Assembly (NCBI GenBank): GCA_002773495.1
Contig: PFAX01000006.1
Coordinates: forward strand, 1-16,944
Length of the DNA stretch: 16,944 bases
Source: a bacterium (Candidatus Gribaldobacteria) CG10_big_fil_rev_8_21_14_0_10_37_21
GTDB lineage: Bacteria > Patescibacteriota > Minisyncoccia > Minisyncoccales > CG1-02-41-26
Reading direction: 5' to 3'
Position numbers and translations under genes: made by a program. Each line of letters starts with the position of its first letter. Position 1 is the stretch's first letter. The notes under the pieces were generated by a model. It had not been told where the DNA came from. It made no database searches and saw only the letters and a program-made list of their open reading frames with translations. This document shows positions 1 through 8,156 of the stretch, in pieces.

Positions 1-2
1 GT

Positions 3-137
3 TTTTTAGAGGCAGCTATTGAACAACAACCTTTCTATTGGAAAGTAAGGCCTGAAGAGCTATATAGCATAGTTAAAAATGACCTATCTGACTTTGATGG
101 GTTTATTGATAACATAACTCGGTTTTTAAACTCTTAA
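3..137 (+). CDS. 3' end of an upstream gene whose start lies outside the window; 44 codons then TAA. Product unknown.
   Basis: Frame 3 is open from the window edge (FLEAAIEQQPFYWKVRPEELYSIVKNDLSDFDGFIDNITRFLNS*); the other + frames are closed near base 1. Confidence 0.4.
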   Translation, partial: FLEAAIEQQPFYWKVRPEELYSIVKNDLSDFDGFIDNITRFLNS

Positions 138-144
138 GTTTTAT

Positions 145-408
145 ATGAAAATTAGCATTTTAGAAATATCGAGTTTCTTTTTAGTAGGATTTATCGGCAT
201 TTTTCTTTTTGAAAAAGCAACTATAAAATAGGCTTTATGGGATAAAAAAATTGGTTGGCAAATTCACCATAGCTTAGCAGGTATTCTATTGATATTTCTG
301 GTTTTATTTTTTCAAGAAAAGGCCTTTTTATTTATTGCTTCAGGTGTTGGTGTGATTGTTCAATATGCCTTAGGTAAAGATGGTTTTGTTTTTCTTAGCC
401 GTTGGTAA
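145..408 (+). pseudogene. Small hydrophobic membrane-protein ORF interrupted by an in-frame TAG at 229-231. The two halves are MKISILEISSFFLVGFIGIFLFEKATIK and ALWDKKIGWQIHHSLAGILLIFLVLFFQEKAFLFIASGVGVIVQYALGKDGFVFLSRW, in the same frame. The ORF ends 10 nt before the xseA ATG.
   Basis: Manual translation; the TAG lies in frame between two transmembrane-like segments; the second half has no in-frame ATG. Confidence 0.25.
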
Positions 409-417
409 AAAACATTT

Positions 418-1674
418 ATGGAAGAAGAAAACGACAATTCAATTCCTGAAAGGATTTTTGCGGTTGGCGAATACTTAGAAGCAGTTAACATTGCTTTAAA
501 ACGTTTTGAAGTTAAAATAACAGGAGAAGTTACTCAGGTTAAGGTGGCCACAAGTGGGCATTGTTATTTTACGATTAAAGATAAAACAGACGAGAATGTT
601 TTAGATTGTATCGCTTGGAAGTATAATTATCAAATTTGCGGGGTAAAGTTAGAAGAGGGCTTAGAGGTTATTTTAAAGGGGAATGGCCAACTTTACAATG
701 CCACGGGTAGGTTTAGTTTTATCGCTGACACAATTGAATTAAAGGGCGAGGGGGTTTTAAAAAAGGCCTATCTTGAGTTGAAAAAGAAGTTAGAAAGCGA
801 AGGGGTTTTTGCTTTTGAACGGAAAAAGGTCTTGCCTACTTTCCCGCAAAACATTGGGGTAATTACCTCTAAAAAGGGGGCGGTGATCAATGACTTATTA
901 AGTAATTTAGGTCAGTTTGGCTTTAAAGTTAAAATGATTGATTCAAGAGTTGAAGGCCAAGAAGCAGTTAAAAATTTATTAGGGGCAGTTAAGGAGTTTA
1001 AAAAGCAAAAGATTGATGTTTTGCTTATCATGCGGGGGGGTGGTTCTTTAGAATCATTGCAGGCCTTTAACAACGAGGCCTTAGTGAGGGCAATTCTTGA
1101 TTTCCCTTGCCCTATAATAGCGGCTATTGGCCATGATAAAGATGTGCCTTTATTAGCTTTAACTGCTGATTTTGCTTGTTCAACCCCAACAGCCGCGGCC
1201 AACACTTTAAACAAAACCTGGGAAATGGCCCCCTTAACAATCAGCCAAGCCGAAAGAGTCGTTTTCGAAGGCCTTAATGGGCGAATTATTCAAATAGAAA
1301 AAGAGATAACCCGTTCTTCAGGTATTATTGAAAGTTGGTTTAATGATTTTTTTGATCGTTATAAAGAAATTGCCAGTGAGCTTAAGACCTATGTTTTACG
1401 AATTGAACAAGCAATCTTAAGTCGAAACAAGTTTTTAGATAATTGTTGGGGGAAAATTGAAAGTGATTTTTCTTTTGCTTTTAAAGAAATGGTGCAAAAA
1501 TTAATTTATTTAAGCCAAACAATTAAAGCCCATGACCCAGAAAATAATTTGGCCTTGGGGTATTGTTTGGCCAGAAAACATGGAAAAATTGTCCGCAAAA
1601 CAAGCGACTTGCCCCCTAACACGGGCTTTGACTTACAAGTGTCTGATGGTATAATTAAAACAAAAACAATTTAA
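418..1674 (+). CDS. xseA: Exodeoxyribonuclease VII large subunit
   Basis: N-terminal OB-fold region followed by the XseA catalytic-core signatures GVITSKKGAVINDLL, RGGGSLESLQAFN and IGHDKDVPLLALTADF...TPTAAA; length 418 aa. Confidence 0.9.
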   Translation: MEEENDNSIPERIFAVGEYLEAVNIALKRFEVKITGEVTQVKVATSGHCYFTIKDKTDENVLDCIAWKYNYQICGVKLEEGLEVILKGNGQLYNATGRFSFIADTIELKGEGVLKKAYLELKKKLESEGVFAFERKKVLPTFPQNIGVITSKKGAVINDLLSNLGQFGFKVKMIDSRVEGQEAVKNLLGAVKEFKKQKIDVLLIMRGGGSLESLQAFNNEALVRAILDFPCPIIAAIGHDKDVPLLALTADFACSTPTAAANTLNKTWEMAPLTISQAERVVFEGLNGRIIQIEKEITRSSGIIESWFNDFFDRYKEIASELKTYVLRIEQAILSRNKFLDNCWGKIESDFSFAFKEMVQKLIYLSQTIKAHDPENNLALGYCLARKHGKIVRKTSDLPPNTGFDLQVSDGIIKTKTI

Positions 1675-1678
1675 AGAT

Positions 1679-1882
1679 ATGGTTAATTTACAAGAAACAA
1701 TCAAAAAACTTGAAGCAATCTCTCTTTGGTTCACCAGTCAAAAAGAGCTTGATGTTGAAGAGGGCTTAAACAAGGTTAAAGAAGCAGCTGTTTTAATAAA
1801 GGCGAGCCGAGAACGGCTTAAAGCGGTTGAAAACTCGTTTGAAGAAATAAAAAGAGAAATTAACCAAGCCAGCGAAGAATAG
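1679..1882 (+). CDS. xseB: Exodeoxyribonuclease VII small subunit
   Basis: 67-aa helical protein immediately downstream of xseA (4-nt gap). Has the XseB-like pattern LE.I...L....L.VEEGL....EA..L...ERLK.VE. Ends in TAG. Confidence 0.8.
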   Translation: MVNLQETIKKLEAISLWFTSQKELDVEEGLNKVKEAAVLIKASRERLKAVENSFEEIKREINQASEE

Positions 1883-1913
1883 CCAAAGATTGTGATAGGG
1901 TAAGGCAAAGGTC

Positions 1914-2717
1914 GTGCGGAAGTTTAAGTTTCTAAAAATATTTAAATATTATTTTATGTCATTATCATATTTAATTGGCCCAGCGATTTTTTTAGGTTTA
2001 GTTCTGCTATCTTCTATTAAGCAAATTAACCAATATCAAAGAGGTGTTCGTTTTACTTTAGGTAAATACACAGGCACAATGAACCCGGGCTGGCGACTGG
2101 TCTTGCCAGTTTTTCAAGGTTACAGAAAGGTTGATTTAAGAGTAAAGGCGGTTGATGTTCAAAAACAAGAAGCCATTACCAAAGATAATATCGCCGTTGG
2201 TGTTAATGCTGTTATTTACTATAAAGTAGCTGAAGCAGAAAAAGCTATTTTAGCTGTTGAGGACTATTATTACGCCATAAGTCAGTTAGCCCAAACAACC
2301 ATGCGAAATGCAGTTGGTCAGGTTGAATTAGATGAACTTTTGAGCCAAAGAGACAGGGTTTCAGAGAATATTCGGCTGGTGATTGACAAGGCCTCTGATC
2401 CTTGGGGCATTAAAGTAGATGCTGTTGAATTAAAAGATATTACTTTAGCTGAAGAAATGAAACGAACCATTGCTAAGCAAGCCGAAGCCGAAAGGGAAAA
2501 ACGAGCGATTATTATTAAGGCCGAAGGCGAAAAAGCGTCAGCTGTTAATATGGCCCAAGCCGCCCAAATCCTAGGCCAAACTCCCGGCGCTTTGCACTTG
2601 CGCACATTACAGTCATTAAATGATATTTCTTCTGACCAATCAAACACGATTGTTTTTGCTATCCCGCTTGAAATCCTACGGGCTTTTGATAGATTGGGCA
2701 AAAAAGAGAACCTGTAA
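1914..2717 (+). CDS. SPFH/Band-7 (stomatin/HflK-like) membrane protein. GTG start at 1914; an alternative ATG lies at 1956.
   Basis: N-terminal transmembrane helix, then an SPFH core (VDLRVKAVDVQKQEAITKDNIAVGVNAVIYYKV...TMRNAVGQVELDELLSQRDRVSENI) and a coiled-coil tail (AKQAEAEREKRAIIIKAEGEKASA). Confidence 0.85.
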   Translation: MRKFKFLKIFKYYFMSLSYLIGPAIFLGLVLLSSIKQINQYQRGVRFTLGKYTGTMNPGWRLVLPVFQGYRKVDLRVKAVDVQKQEAITKDNIAVGVNAVIYYKVAEAEKAILAVEDYYYAISQLAQTTMRNAVGQVELDELLSQRDRVSENIRLVIDKASDPWGIKVDAVELKDITLAEEMKRTIAKQAEAEREKRAIIIKAEGEKASAVNMAQAAQILGQTPGALHLRTLQSLNDISSDQSNTIVFAIPLEILRAFDRLGKKENL

Positions 2718-2744
2718 ATCATTTATAGCTTAAACCAACAAAAA

Positions 2745-2773
2745 CTGCTAACCCCTCAAAGTTAGCAGTTTTT
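2745..2773 (+). terminator. Rho-independent terminator after the SPFH gene
   Basis: ctgctaac / loop ccctcaaa / gttagcag stem-loop followed by TTTTT. Confidence 0.7.
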
Positions 2774-2843
2774 AAATTGAGCAATGCCCTGCTACTTTTT
2801 ATTTTGCTTAAGATTTGCTAAGATAAACCAAGAAACAAATACA

Positions 2844-3755
2844 ATGGATTTTTTATTTATTTCTAATTATTTTTTTGACGCTACAATTTATTTCGCTAGC
2901 TACTTTTTAGCGGCTATTCTTTTTTTGGCTGTTTTGTTGCTTTTAGCCAAGCATAAGGTCTTAGCTTTTCTTTTCTTAGCTTTTCTTTTATTTTTTGTTT
3001 GGGTAAGATTTATTGAGCCCAAGATTTTGCTTATAAACAAAGAAGTTTTACCGTTAGAAAGAGCAACTTTTGATGGTTTGCCAATCAAAGTCGCACTTGT
3101 TTCTGATCTCCATTATGGGGTTTATAGCAATGCCCCTTCTTTAAAAAGAATAGTTGAAAGAATTAACCAAGAAAGTCCAGATTTGGTTTTGTTGCTGGGT
3201 GATTTTGTTTTTCAAGCTAAAAAAGAAAATGTGCCCGGTATGTTTAAAGAATTAGCCAATTTAAAAGCCCCTGGCTTTGCAGTGTTGGGCAACCACGATG
3301 TTGGCTTAAAGGGTGAAATTAATGTTAAAGAGGAATTAACAGAAGAGCTTTCAAAATATGTTAAACTTTTAAACAATCAAACAGAAAAGGTTGAAATTAA
3401 AGGCAAGCAAATCAATTTAATTGGCTTAAGTGATTTCTTAGAGGGTAAAATTGACTTTTCTCTTTTAGAAGGCCTTAATCAAGACGAGTTTAATTTAGTT
3501 TTAGAGCATAACCCAGATGTTGTTTACTCTTTTCCCTTAAATACTAATGTTAATTTAGTAGTTTCAGGCCACACTCATGGAGGCCAAGTTTGTTTGCCTT
3601 ATTTATATAAAGTTTTTTTGCCTTCTCAATTTGGCTTAGAAAGGGGGTTTTATATGATAAATGGCCTAAAGGTTTTTATCACTTCAGGGGCTGGGGTGGC
3701 TGGCCTGCCTTTTCGTTTTTTAATGTCCCCTGAAATTGTAATTTTAACAATATGA
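2844..3755 (+). CDS. Membrane-anchored calcineurin-like metallophosphoesterase. Start taken at MDFLF; an ORF is open from 2784.
   Basis: Two N-terminal transmembrane helices, then phosphoesterase motifs DLHYG, GDFV, GNHD and GHTHGGQ. Confidence 0.8.
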   Translation: MDFLFISNYFFDATIYFASYFLAAILFLAVLLLLAKHKVLAFLFLAFLLFFVWVRFIEPKILLINKEVLPLERATFDGLPIKVALVSDLHYGVYSNAPSLKRIVERINQESPDLVLLLGDFVFQAKKENVPGMFKELANLKAPGFAVLGNHDVGLKGEINVKEELTEELSKYVKLLNNQTEKVEIKGKQINLIGLSDFLEGKIDFSLLEGLNQDEFNLVLEHNPDVVYSFPLNTNVNLVVSGHTHGGQVCLPYLYKVFLPSQFGLERGFYMINGLKVFITSGAGVAGLPFRFLMSPEIVILTI

Positions 3756-4495
3756 TCTTTTCTATTTTTTTAGCAGTTTTCATTATAAGCTTAGCCTCAT
3801 TTTCTGGGGCGTTGCTTTTAGTTTTAAGAAAGCAAATCCAACCCCAAAAACTTTTATGGCTAGTTGCTTTATCAGCGGGGGCTTTGCTTACAAGTGCCTT
3901 TTTAGAACTATTACCCGAAGCTTTAGAATTAATTAAACCTAAAACTGCTTTTCAGGTGGTTTTGTTTGCTTTTTTATTCTTTTTTATTTTAGAAAAGTTT
4001 TTGCACTGGCGCCATTGCCATAAAACAAATTGCGAAGTTCACAGCTTTGGGCATTTAAACTTAGTTGGTGACTGCTTTCATAATTTTTTAGATGGCTTAA
4101 TCATAGCGGTTGCTTTTTTAACTAATTTTAAATTAGGAGTGGCCACCTCTTTAGCTGTTTTATTGCATGAAATACCCCAAGAGATAGGGGATCTAGGTGT
4201 TTTACTTTACGTTGGTTTTAAGCCCAAAAAAGCCCTTTTGTTTAATTTTTTAATCGCCTTAACCGCTTTTTTAGGGGCAATGGCTGGCATTTTGCTTTCG
4301 TTTTCAACTTATAACTTTTTAATTTATTTAATTTTGCCTTTTTCAGCGGGTGGTTTTATTTATATAGCGGCCAGCGATCTAATCCCTGAAATAAGGAAAA
4401 CTCAAGGCCTTGCGCACACCTTGCAGATGTTTGCCTTTTTCTTACTTGGCTGTTTATTTGTCCTTTTACCAGACCTACTTGGCATGCATGGCTAA
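3752..4495 (+). CDS. ZIP-family divalent metal (zinc) transporter, ZupT-like
   Basis: Polytopic membrane protein with the ZIP signature motifs HNFLDG and HEIPQEIGD; its start overlaps the phosphoesterase stop (ATGA). Confidence 0.8.
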   Translation: MIFSIFLAVFIISLASFSGALLLVLRKQIQPQKLLWLVALSAGALLTSAFLELLPEALELIKPKTAFQVVLFAFLFFFILEKFLHWRHCHKTNCEVHSFGHLNLVGDCFHNFLDGLIIAVAFLTNFKLGVATSLAVLLHEIPQEIGDLGVLLYVGFKPKKALLFNFLIALTAFLGAMAGILLSFSTYNFLIYLILPFSAGGFIYIAASDLIPEIRKTQGLAHTLQMFAFFLLGCLFVLLPDLLGMHG

Positions 4496-4630
4496 TTTCC
4501 CCTGTTTTTCATCTTGACCCAAAAGAGTATATTTGGCAAGATTGGACGGATTTATTAGCTTCCTTGCTAGAAATGTCGTTACTGGGTAATTAAAATATTA
4601 ATTTAAAAGGCGGGAATATTATTTCTGCTT

Positions 4631-4639
4631 TGGTATAGT
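4631..4639 (+). promoter_or_regulatory. Extended -10 element (TGgTATAGT) 7 nt upstream of the helicase ATG. This would give a leaderless transcript.
   Basis: TGn + TATAGT at 4631-4639, ATG at 4647, no Shine-Dalgarno; a possible -35 TTGACC lies upstream near 4516. Confidence 0.35.
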
Positions 4640-4646
4640 AAAAATA

Positions 4647-7568
4647 ATGCCATTTGATTTAAAGCAATTGAATAAAGAGCAGGTTTTGGCCGTTAGGCAC
4701 AAAGAGGGCCCGCTTTTAATCGTAGCTGGTGCTGGCACAGGCAAAACAACTGTCATTGCTAAACGTTTTGTTTATTTAATTGAGCAAAAGTTAGCTCTGC
4801 CTGAAGAGATTTTGGCCTTAACCTTTACCGAAAAGGCGGCAGGGGAAATGGAAGAGCGGGTTGAAAATATGCTTGAAATTGGTTTTGCTGATTTATGGAT
4901 ATCTACTTTTCATAGTTTTTGTGAAAAAATTTTAAGAAACGAGGGCTTAAAGATTGGCCTTAGCACTGATTTCAAGCTTATTCAGCCAACTTCTGCTTGG
5001 ATGTTATTAAGAGAAAATTTAGCCGAGCTTGATTTAAATTATTATAAACCCTTAGGCAACCCAAGCCGTTTTTTACATGGGCTTTTAAGTCATTTTTCAA
5101 AATGCAAAGACCAAGGTATAACTCCTGAAAATTATTTAGAATATGCTCAAAACCTTAAAACCAATTTAACCGATTTACCAGAAAACTTTGACATTGAGCA
5201 AATTAAAGAACAAGCCGAGGCTTTTCATTTTTATCAACAACTTCTTTTAAAGCATAATCTTGTAGATTTTGGTGATTTATTGAACTATACCCTATTACTT
5301 TTTGAAAAAAGGCCTTTTATTTTGCAAAAATATCAAAAAAAATTTAAATATATTTTAGTTGATGAGTTTCAAGATACCAATTTTATTCAATACCAGTTAG
5401 TTAAGCTTTTAGCTGGCAAAAAGGCTAATTTAACCGCTTGTGGGGATGATTTGCAAGCAATTTATCGTTTTCGGGGGGCAAGTTTTGCTAATTTAGTTCA
5501 ATTTAAAAAGGACTTTCCCAAAACAGCGGAAATTTCTTTAATTAGAAATTATCGCTCTTGCCAGAGCATTCTTGATTTGGCCTATAGCTTTATAAAAGAC
5601 AACGACCCTTTAAGAAACAAATATTTTACTAATTTAGAAACAAAGCTAAAAGCCCAAACCAAAGAAACAGGGGCAGTTGAGCATTTTTACCTAAGAAGCT
5701 TAGAAGTGGAAGCCCAAAAAGTGGCTGAAAAAATTATTGAGCTTAAAAACAAAGAAAAGGGCTTGTCTTTAAGTGATTTTGCTATTTTAGTTAGGGCCAA
5801 TGACACAGCCCAACCCTTTTGCCGCGCCTTGGAAAGGGCCGGGATTGCTTTTCAATTTTTAGCTAACAAAGGGCTTTACCAAAAGCCAATTATCATAGAC
5901 ACCATCGCTTATTTCAAGCTTTTAGATAATTATCACGAGTCCTCGGCTTTGTTTCGGGTTTTGCACTTACCCTTTTTTGAATTTAAAAGTGAACAGATTA
6001 TGTTAATTAGTAATTACGCCTCCAAAAAAACCAAATCCCTTTTTGAGGCCTTAAAAGAACTTTATTTGATTAAGGGCATCAGCCGTGAGACCAAAGAAAA
6101 AGCCATTTTTTTATTAGGTCTCTTAGAAAAACACCAGCAAATGGCTAAAGAAAAAAATGTTTCTGAAATTTTCGTCCAGTTTGTCAGAGAAAGCGGCTAT
6201 TTAAAGTATATTTTAGACAACGAAGATAAGCCCCAAATTGACTCGCTTAATTTATTTTACGAAAAATTAAAGACCTTTGAACAAGAGAGCTTGAGCTCGC
6301 GACTAAGCGATTTTATGGAAAAGTTTTCTTTAGAGCTTGAGTCAGGCGAAGAGGGGGATTTAATTTTTGATTTAGAAGAAGGCCCTGATTTAGTTCAAAT
6401 AATGACAATCCATGCCGCTAAAGGCCTAGAATTTAAATATGTTTTTTTGGTTTCAATGGTTAATTTAAGGTTTCCCTCAACTGAAAGGCACGATAAAATA
6501 GAAATTCCCCCAGACCTTTTAAAAGAAAAGCCCCCCGAAGGTGATGTTCATTTGCAAGAAGAACGAAGGTTGTGCTATGTGGCGATGACTAGGGCTAAAA
6601 ATGGGCTATTTTTTACTTCAAGCCTAAATTACGGGGGCAAACAAAAGAAAAAGCTATCCAGGTTTTTAATTGAAATGGGCTTTAATCAAGAAGCAAAAAG
6701 TAAAGCCCAAACCAAAAACGATTTTAAAGCAGAGCCCCAAGAGTTAGAATCTATTGTTTTAGAAGAAAATAGTTTGTTTTTACCGAATAAGTTTTCGTTT
6801 TCCCAGTTAAACGAGTTTGAACAATGCCCCCTAAAGTATAAATACAAGTATGTTTATAAGCTTTTTCCTAAAGGCAAGGCAGTTTTTTCTTTTGGCACAA
6901 CAATCCATAACACTTTGCAAAAGTTTTTGAAGCTAAAAAACGAGAAAATCATTGCCCTTGATTTATTTGGCAATGAAAAAGAAGAAAATAAAAACAAAGC
7001 TGGGCTTAAAGATTTGCTTGAGATTTACGAAAAATCCTGGCTTGACGACTGGTACGAAAGTAAAAAACAAAAACAGAATTATCGCAAATTAGGCGAAACC
7101 ATCTTAAAGAGTTTTTACGAAAAAGCGGAAAAAGACCCCCCGCAGGTCTTTACTTTTGACGATGGTTCTTTGGCTTTAGAGGTGCCCTTTGCTTTAGATA
7201 TTGAGGGCTATAATTTGCGAGGTAGAATTGATCGCATTGATCAAACCAAAGAAGGGGTTATCATTATTGATTACAAAACCGGCAAAGCCAAAGAAAAGCT
7301 AGAAAAATCAGACAAAGAGCAGCTTTTGCTTTATCAAATAGCCGTTAGAGAGGTTTATGGCTTAGAAGTGGCTCAATTAAAGTACAATTATTTAGAAGAG
7401 GGCAGGGAAGTTGCTTTTTTAGGCAAAGAGCAGGAAATGGAGGAGTTTAAAGCAAAAATAGTCAATAAAATAGAAAAAATCAGGCAAGGCCAATTCCCTC
7501 CGACCCCCGGCTTTAACTGCCAATTTTGCGACTTTCATGACATCTGCCCTTCGGCTCAAAAACCTTGA
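4647..7568 (+). CDS. UvrD/PcrA-family superfamily-1 helicase fused to a C-terminal Cas4/AddB-type PD-(D/E)xK nuclease with a Cys cluster (AddA-like helicase-nuclease)
   Basis: Q-motif LNKEQ, Walker A GAGTGKT, DEFQDTN, UvrD motifs through TIHAAKGLEF / YVAMTRAK; C-terminal nuclease signatures QCPLKYKYKYV, IDYKTGK, QLLLYQIAV and the Cys cluster CQFCDFHDIC. Confidence 0.85.
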   Translation: MPFDLKQLNKEQVLAVRHKEGPLLIVAGAGTGKTTVIAKRFVYLIEQKLALPEEILALTFTEKAAGEMEERVENMLEIGFADLWISTFHSFCEKILRNEGLKIGLSTDFKLIQPTSAWMLLRENLAELDLNYYKPLGNPSRFLHGLLSHFSKCKDQGITPENYLEYAQNLKTNLTDLPENFDIEQIKEQAEAFHFYQQLLLKHNLVDFGDLLNYTLLLFEKRPFILQKYQKKFKYILVDEFQDTNFIQYQLVKLLAGKKANLTACGDDLQAIYRFRGASFANLVQFKKDFPKTAEISLIRNYRSCQSILDLAYSFIKDNDPLRNKYFTNLETKLKAQTKETGAVEHFYLRSLEVEAQKVAEKIIELKNKEKGLSLSDFAILVRANDTAQPFCRALERAGIAFQFLANKGLYQKPIIIDTIAYFKLLDNYHESSALFRVLHLPFFEFKSEQIMLISNYASKKTKSLFEALKELYLIKGISRETKEKAIFLLGLLEKHQQMAKEKNVSEIFVQFVRESGYLKYILDNEDKPQIDSLNLFYEKLKTFEQESLSSRLSDFMEKFSLELESGEEGDLIFDLEEGPDLVQIMTIHAAKGLEFKYVFLVSMVNLRFPSTERHDKIEIPPDLLKEKPPEGDVHLQEERRLCYVAMTRAKNGLFFTSSLNYGGKQKKKLSRFLIEMGFNQEAKSKAQTKNDFKAEPQELESIVLEENSLFLPNKFSFSQLNEFEQCPLKYKYKYVYKLFPKGKAVFSFGTTIHNTLQKFLKLKNEKIIALDLFGNEKEENKNKAGLKDLLEIYEKSWLDDWYESKKQKQNYRKLGETILKSFYEKAEKDPPQVFTFDDGSLALEVPFALDIEGYNLRGRIDRIDQTKEGVIIIDYKTGKAKEKLEKSDKEQLLLYQIAVREVYGLEVAQLKYNYLEEGREVAFLGKEQEMEEFKAKIVNKIEKIRQGQFPPTPGFNCQFCDFHDICPSAQKP

Positions 7569-7888
7569 CTTTAATAAGATTAGAGGAGTTCGATATTGAT
7601 GACCCAAAAAAGTTTTATGCTATATCTCTCTCAAAACTTCAAGAAATAGGGGGCAGTTCTGTTTTTAAGGTTTTAGTGGAAAAGTGAGGTGTTTTAGGGT
7701 AAGATGAAGTTAAATAAATAAATATATGAAAAAAATTTTAAATAAGTTTCTTTCTATAAAATTAAAAGAAAGAGGCGAAACCGGGCCAGTTCAAAATCAA
7801 GGCAGGTTAGACAAGCTTTATGTTGTAACCAGAAGAAGGTTCGGCTTAGCACAACGTTTAGAGCATGTTAGAAATCGAGGCAAGCAAA

Positions 7889-8149
7889 ATGAAAAATAAT
7901 TTTATGAATGGACAAAACAGAAATGATATAAAAATTGGCGGGGAAGTTGAAATTGTTTTAAAACAAGATCAAAGAACAGGCAAGTTAACTTCAGGTGAAG
8001 TGAAAGATATTTTAACTAGTTCAAGTTTCCATCCCAGGGGTATAAAGGTTCGCCTAGTAGATGGGCAGGTAGGCAGGGTGCAAAGGGTTGGGATTTCTGA
8101 TGGGTTTGGCGGTTTAAAAATTAGACAGATAAACGAAAGAGAGTTATAA
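7889..8149 (+). CDS. ywbE: YwbE-family (DUF2196-like) small conserved protein. The open frame runs from 7865; 7889 was chosen because GAGG lies 8 nt upstream; the conserved core begins at MNGQ (7904).
   Basis: MNGQNRNDIKIGGEVEIVLKQDQRTGKLTSGEVKDILTSSSFHPRGIKVRLVDGQVGRVQ closely resembles my recollection of Bacillus YwbE-family sequences. Confidence 0.6.
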   Translation: MKNNFMNGQNRNDIKIGGEVEIVLKQDQRTGKLTSGEVKDILTSSSFHPRGIKVRLVDGQVGRVQRVGISDGFGGLKIRQINEREL

Positions 8150-8156
8150 TAACCAT

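Noticed and set aside
229-231. Genome-wide stop-codon reassignment (TAG or TGA sense) as an explanation for the in-frame TAG
   Set aside because: TAG cleanly terminates xseB, and TGA terminates several motif-complete genes (phosphoesterase, helicase, Cas4-like, RRM, antitoxin, toxin) at expected lengths. Standard code fits the whole window.
2784-2843. Longer N-terminus for the metallophosphoesterase starting at 2784 (MPCYFLFCLRFAKINQETNT...)
   Set aside because: It begins 10 nt after the upstream terminator with no room for a promoter, and the extension is Cys/Phe-rich junk. The ATG at 2844 gives a clean twin-transmembrane-helix N-terminus.
7671-7700. gttttag(t/g)gg tandem motifs resembling the 5' end of type II CRISPR repeats, near a Cas4-like gene
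   Set aside because: Only two short, imperfect copies; no regular repeat-spacer periodicity anywhere in the window; not a CRISPR array.
7770-7880. Possible tRNA or SRP-RNA-like element (GGTTCGGCT T-loop-like segment; ACCAG...GAAGG...AGCA reminiscent of SRP RNA domain IV)
   Set aside because: I could not fold a cloverleaf (no complementary T-stem or acceptor stem) and the SRP-like resemblance is only a few scattered bases. It is kept only as a generic candidate structured region in the findings.
7726-7899. 57-codon basic ORF (MKKILNKFLSIKLKERGETGPVQ...) as an independent gene
   Set aside because: No Shine-Dalgarno sequence or promoter; it overlaps the better-supported ywbE start and coincides with the GC-richer, hairpin-prone segment that more likely acts as RNA.
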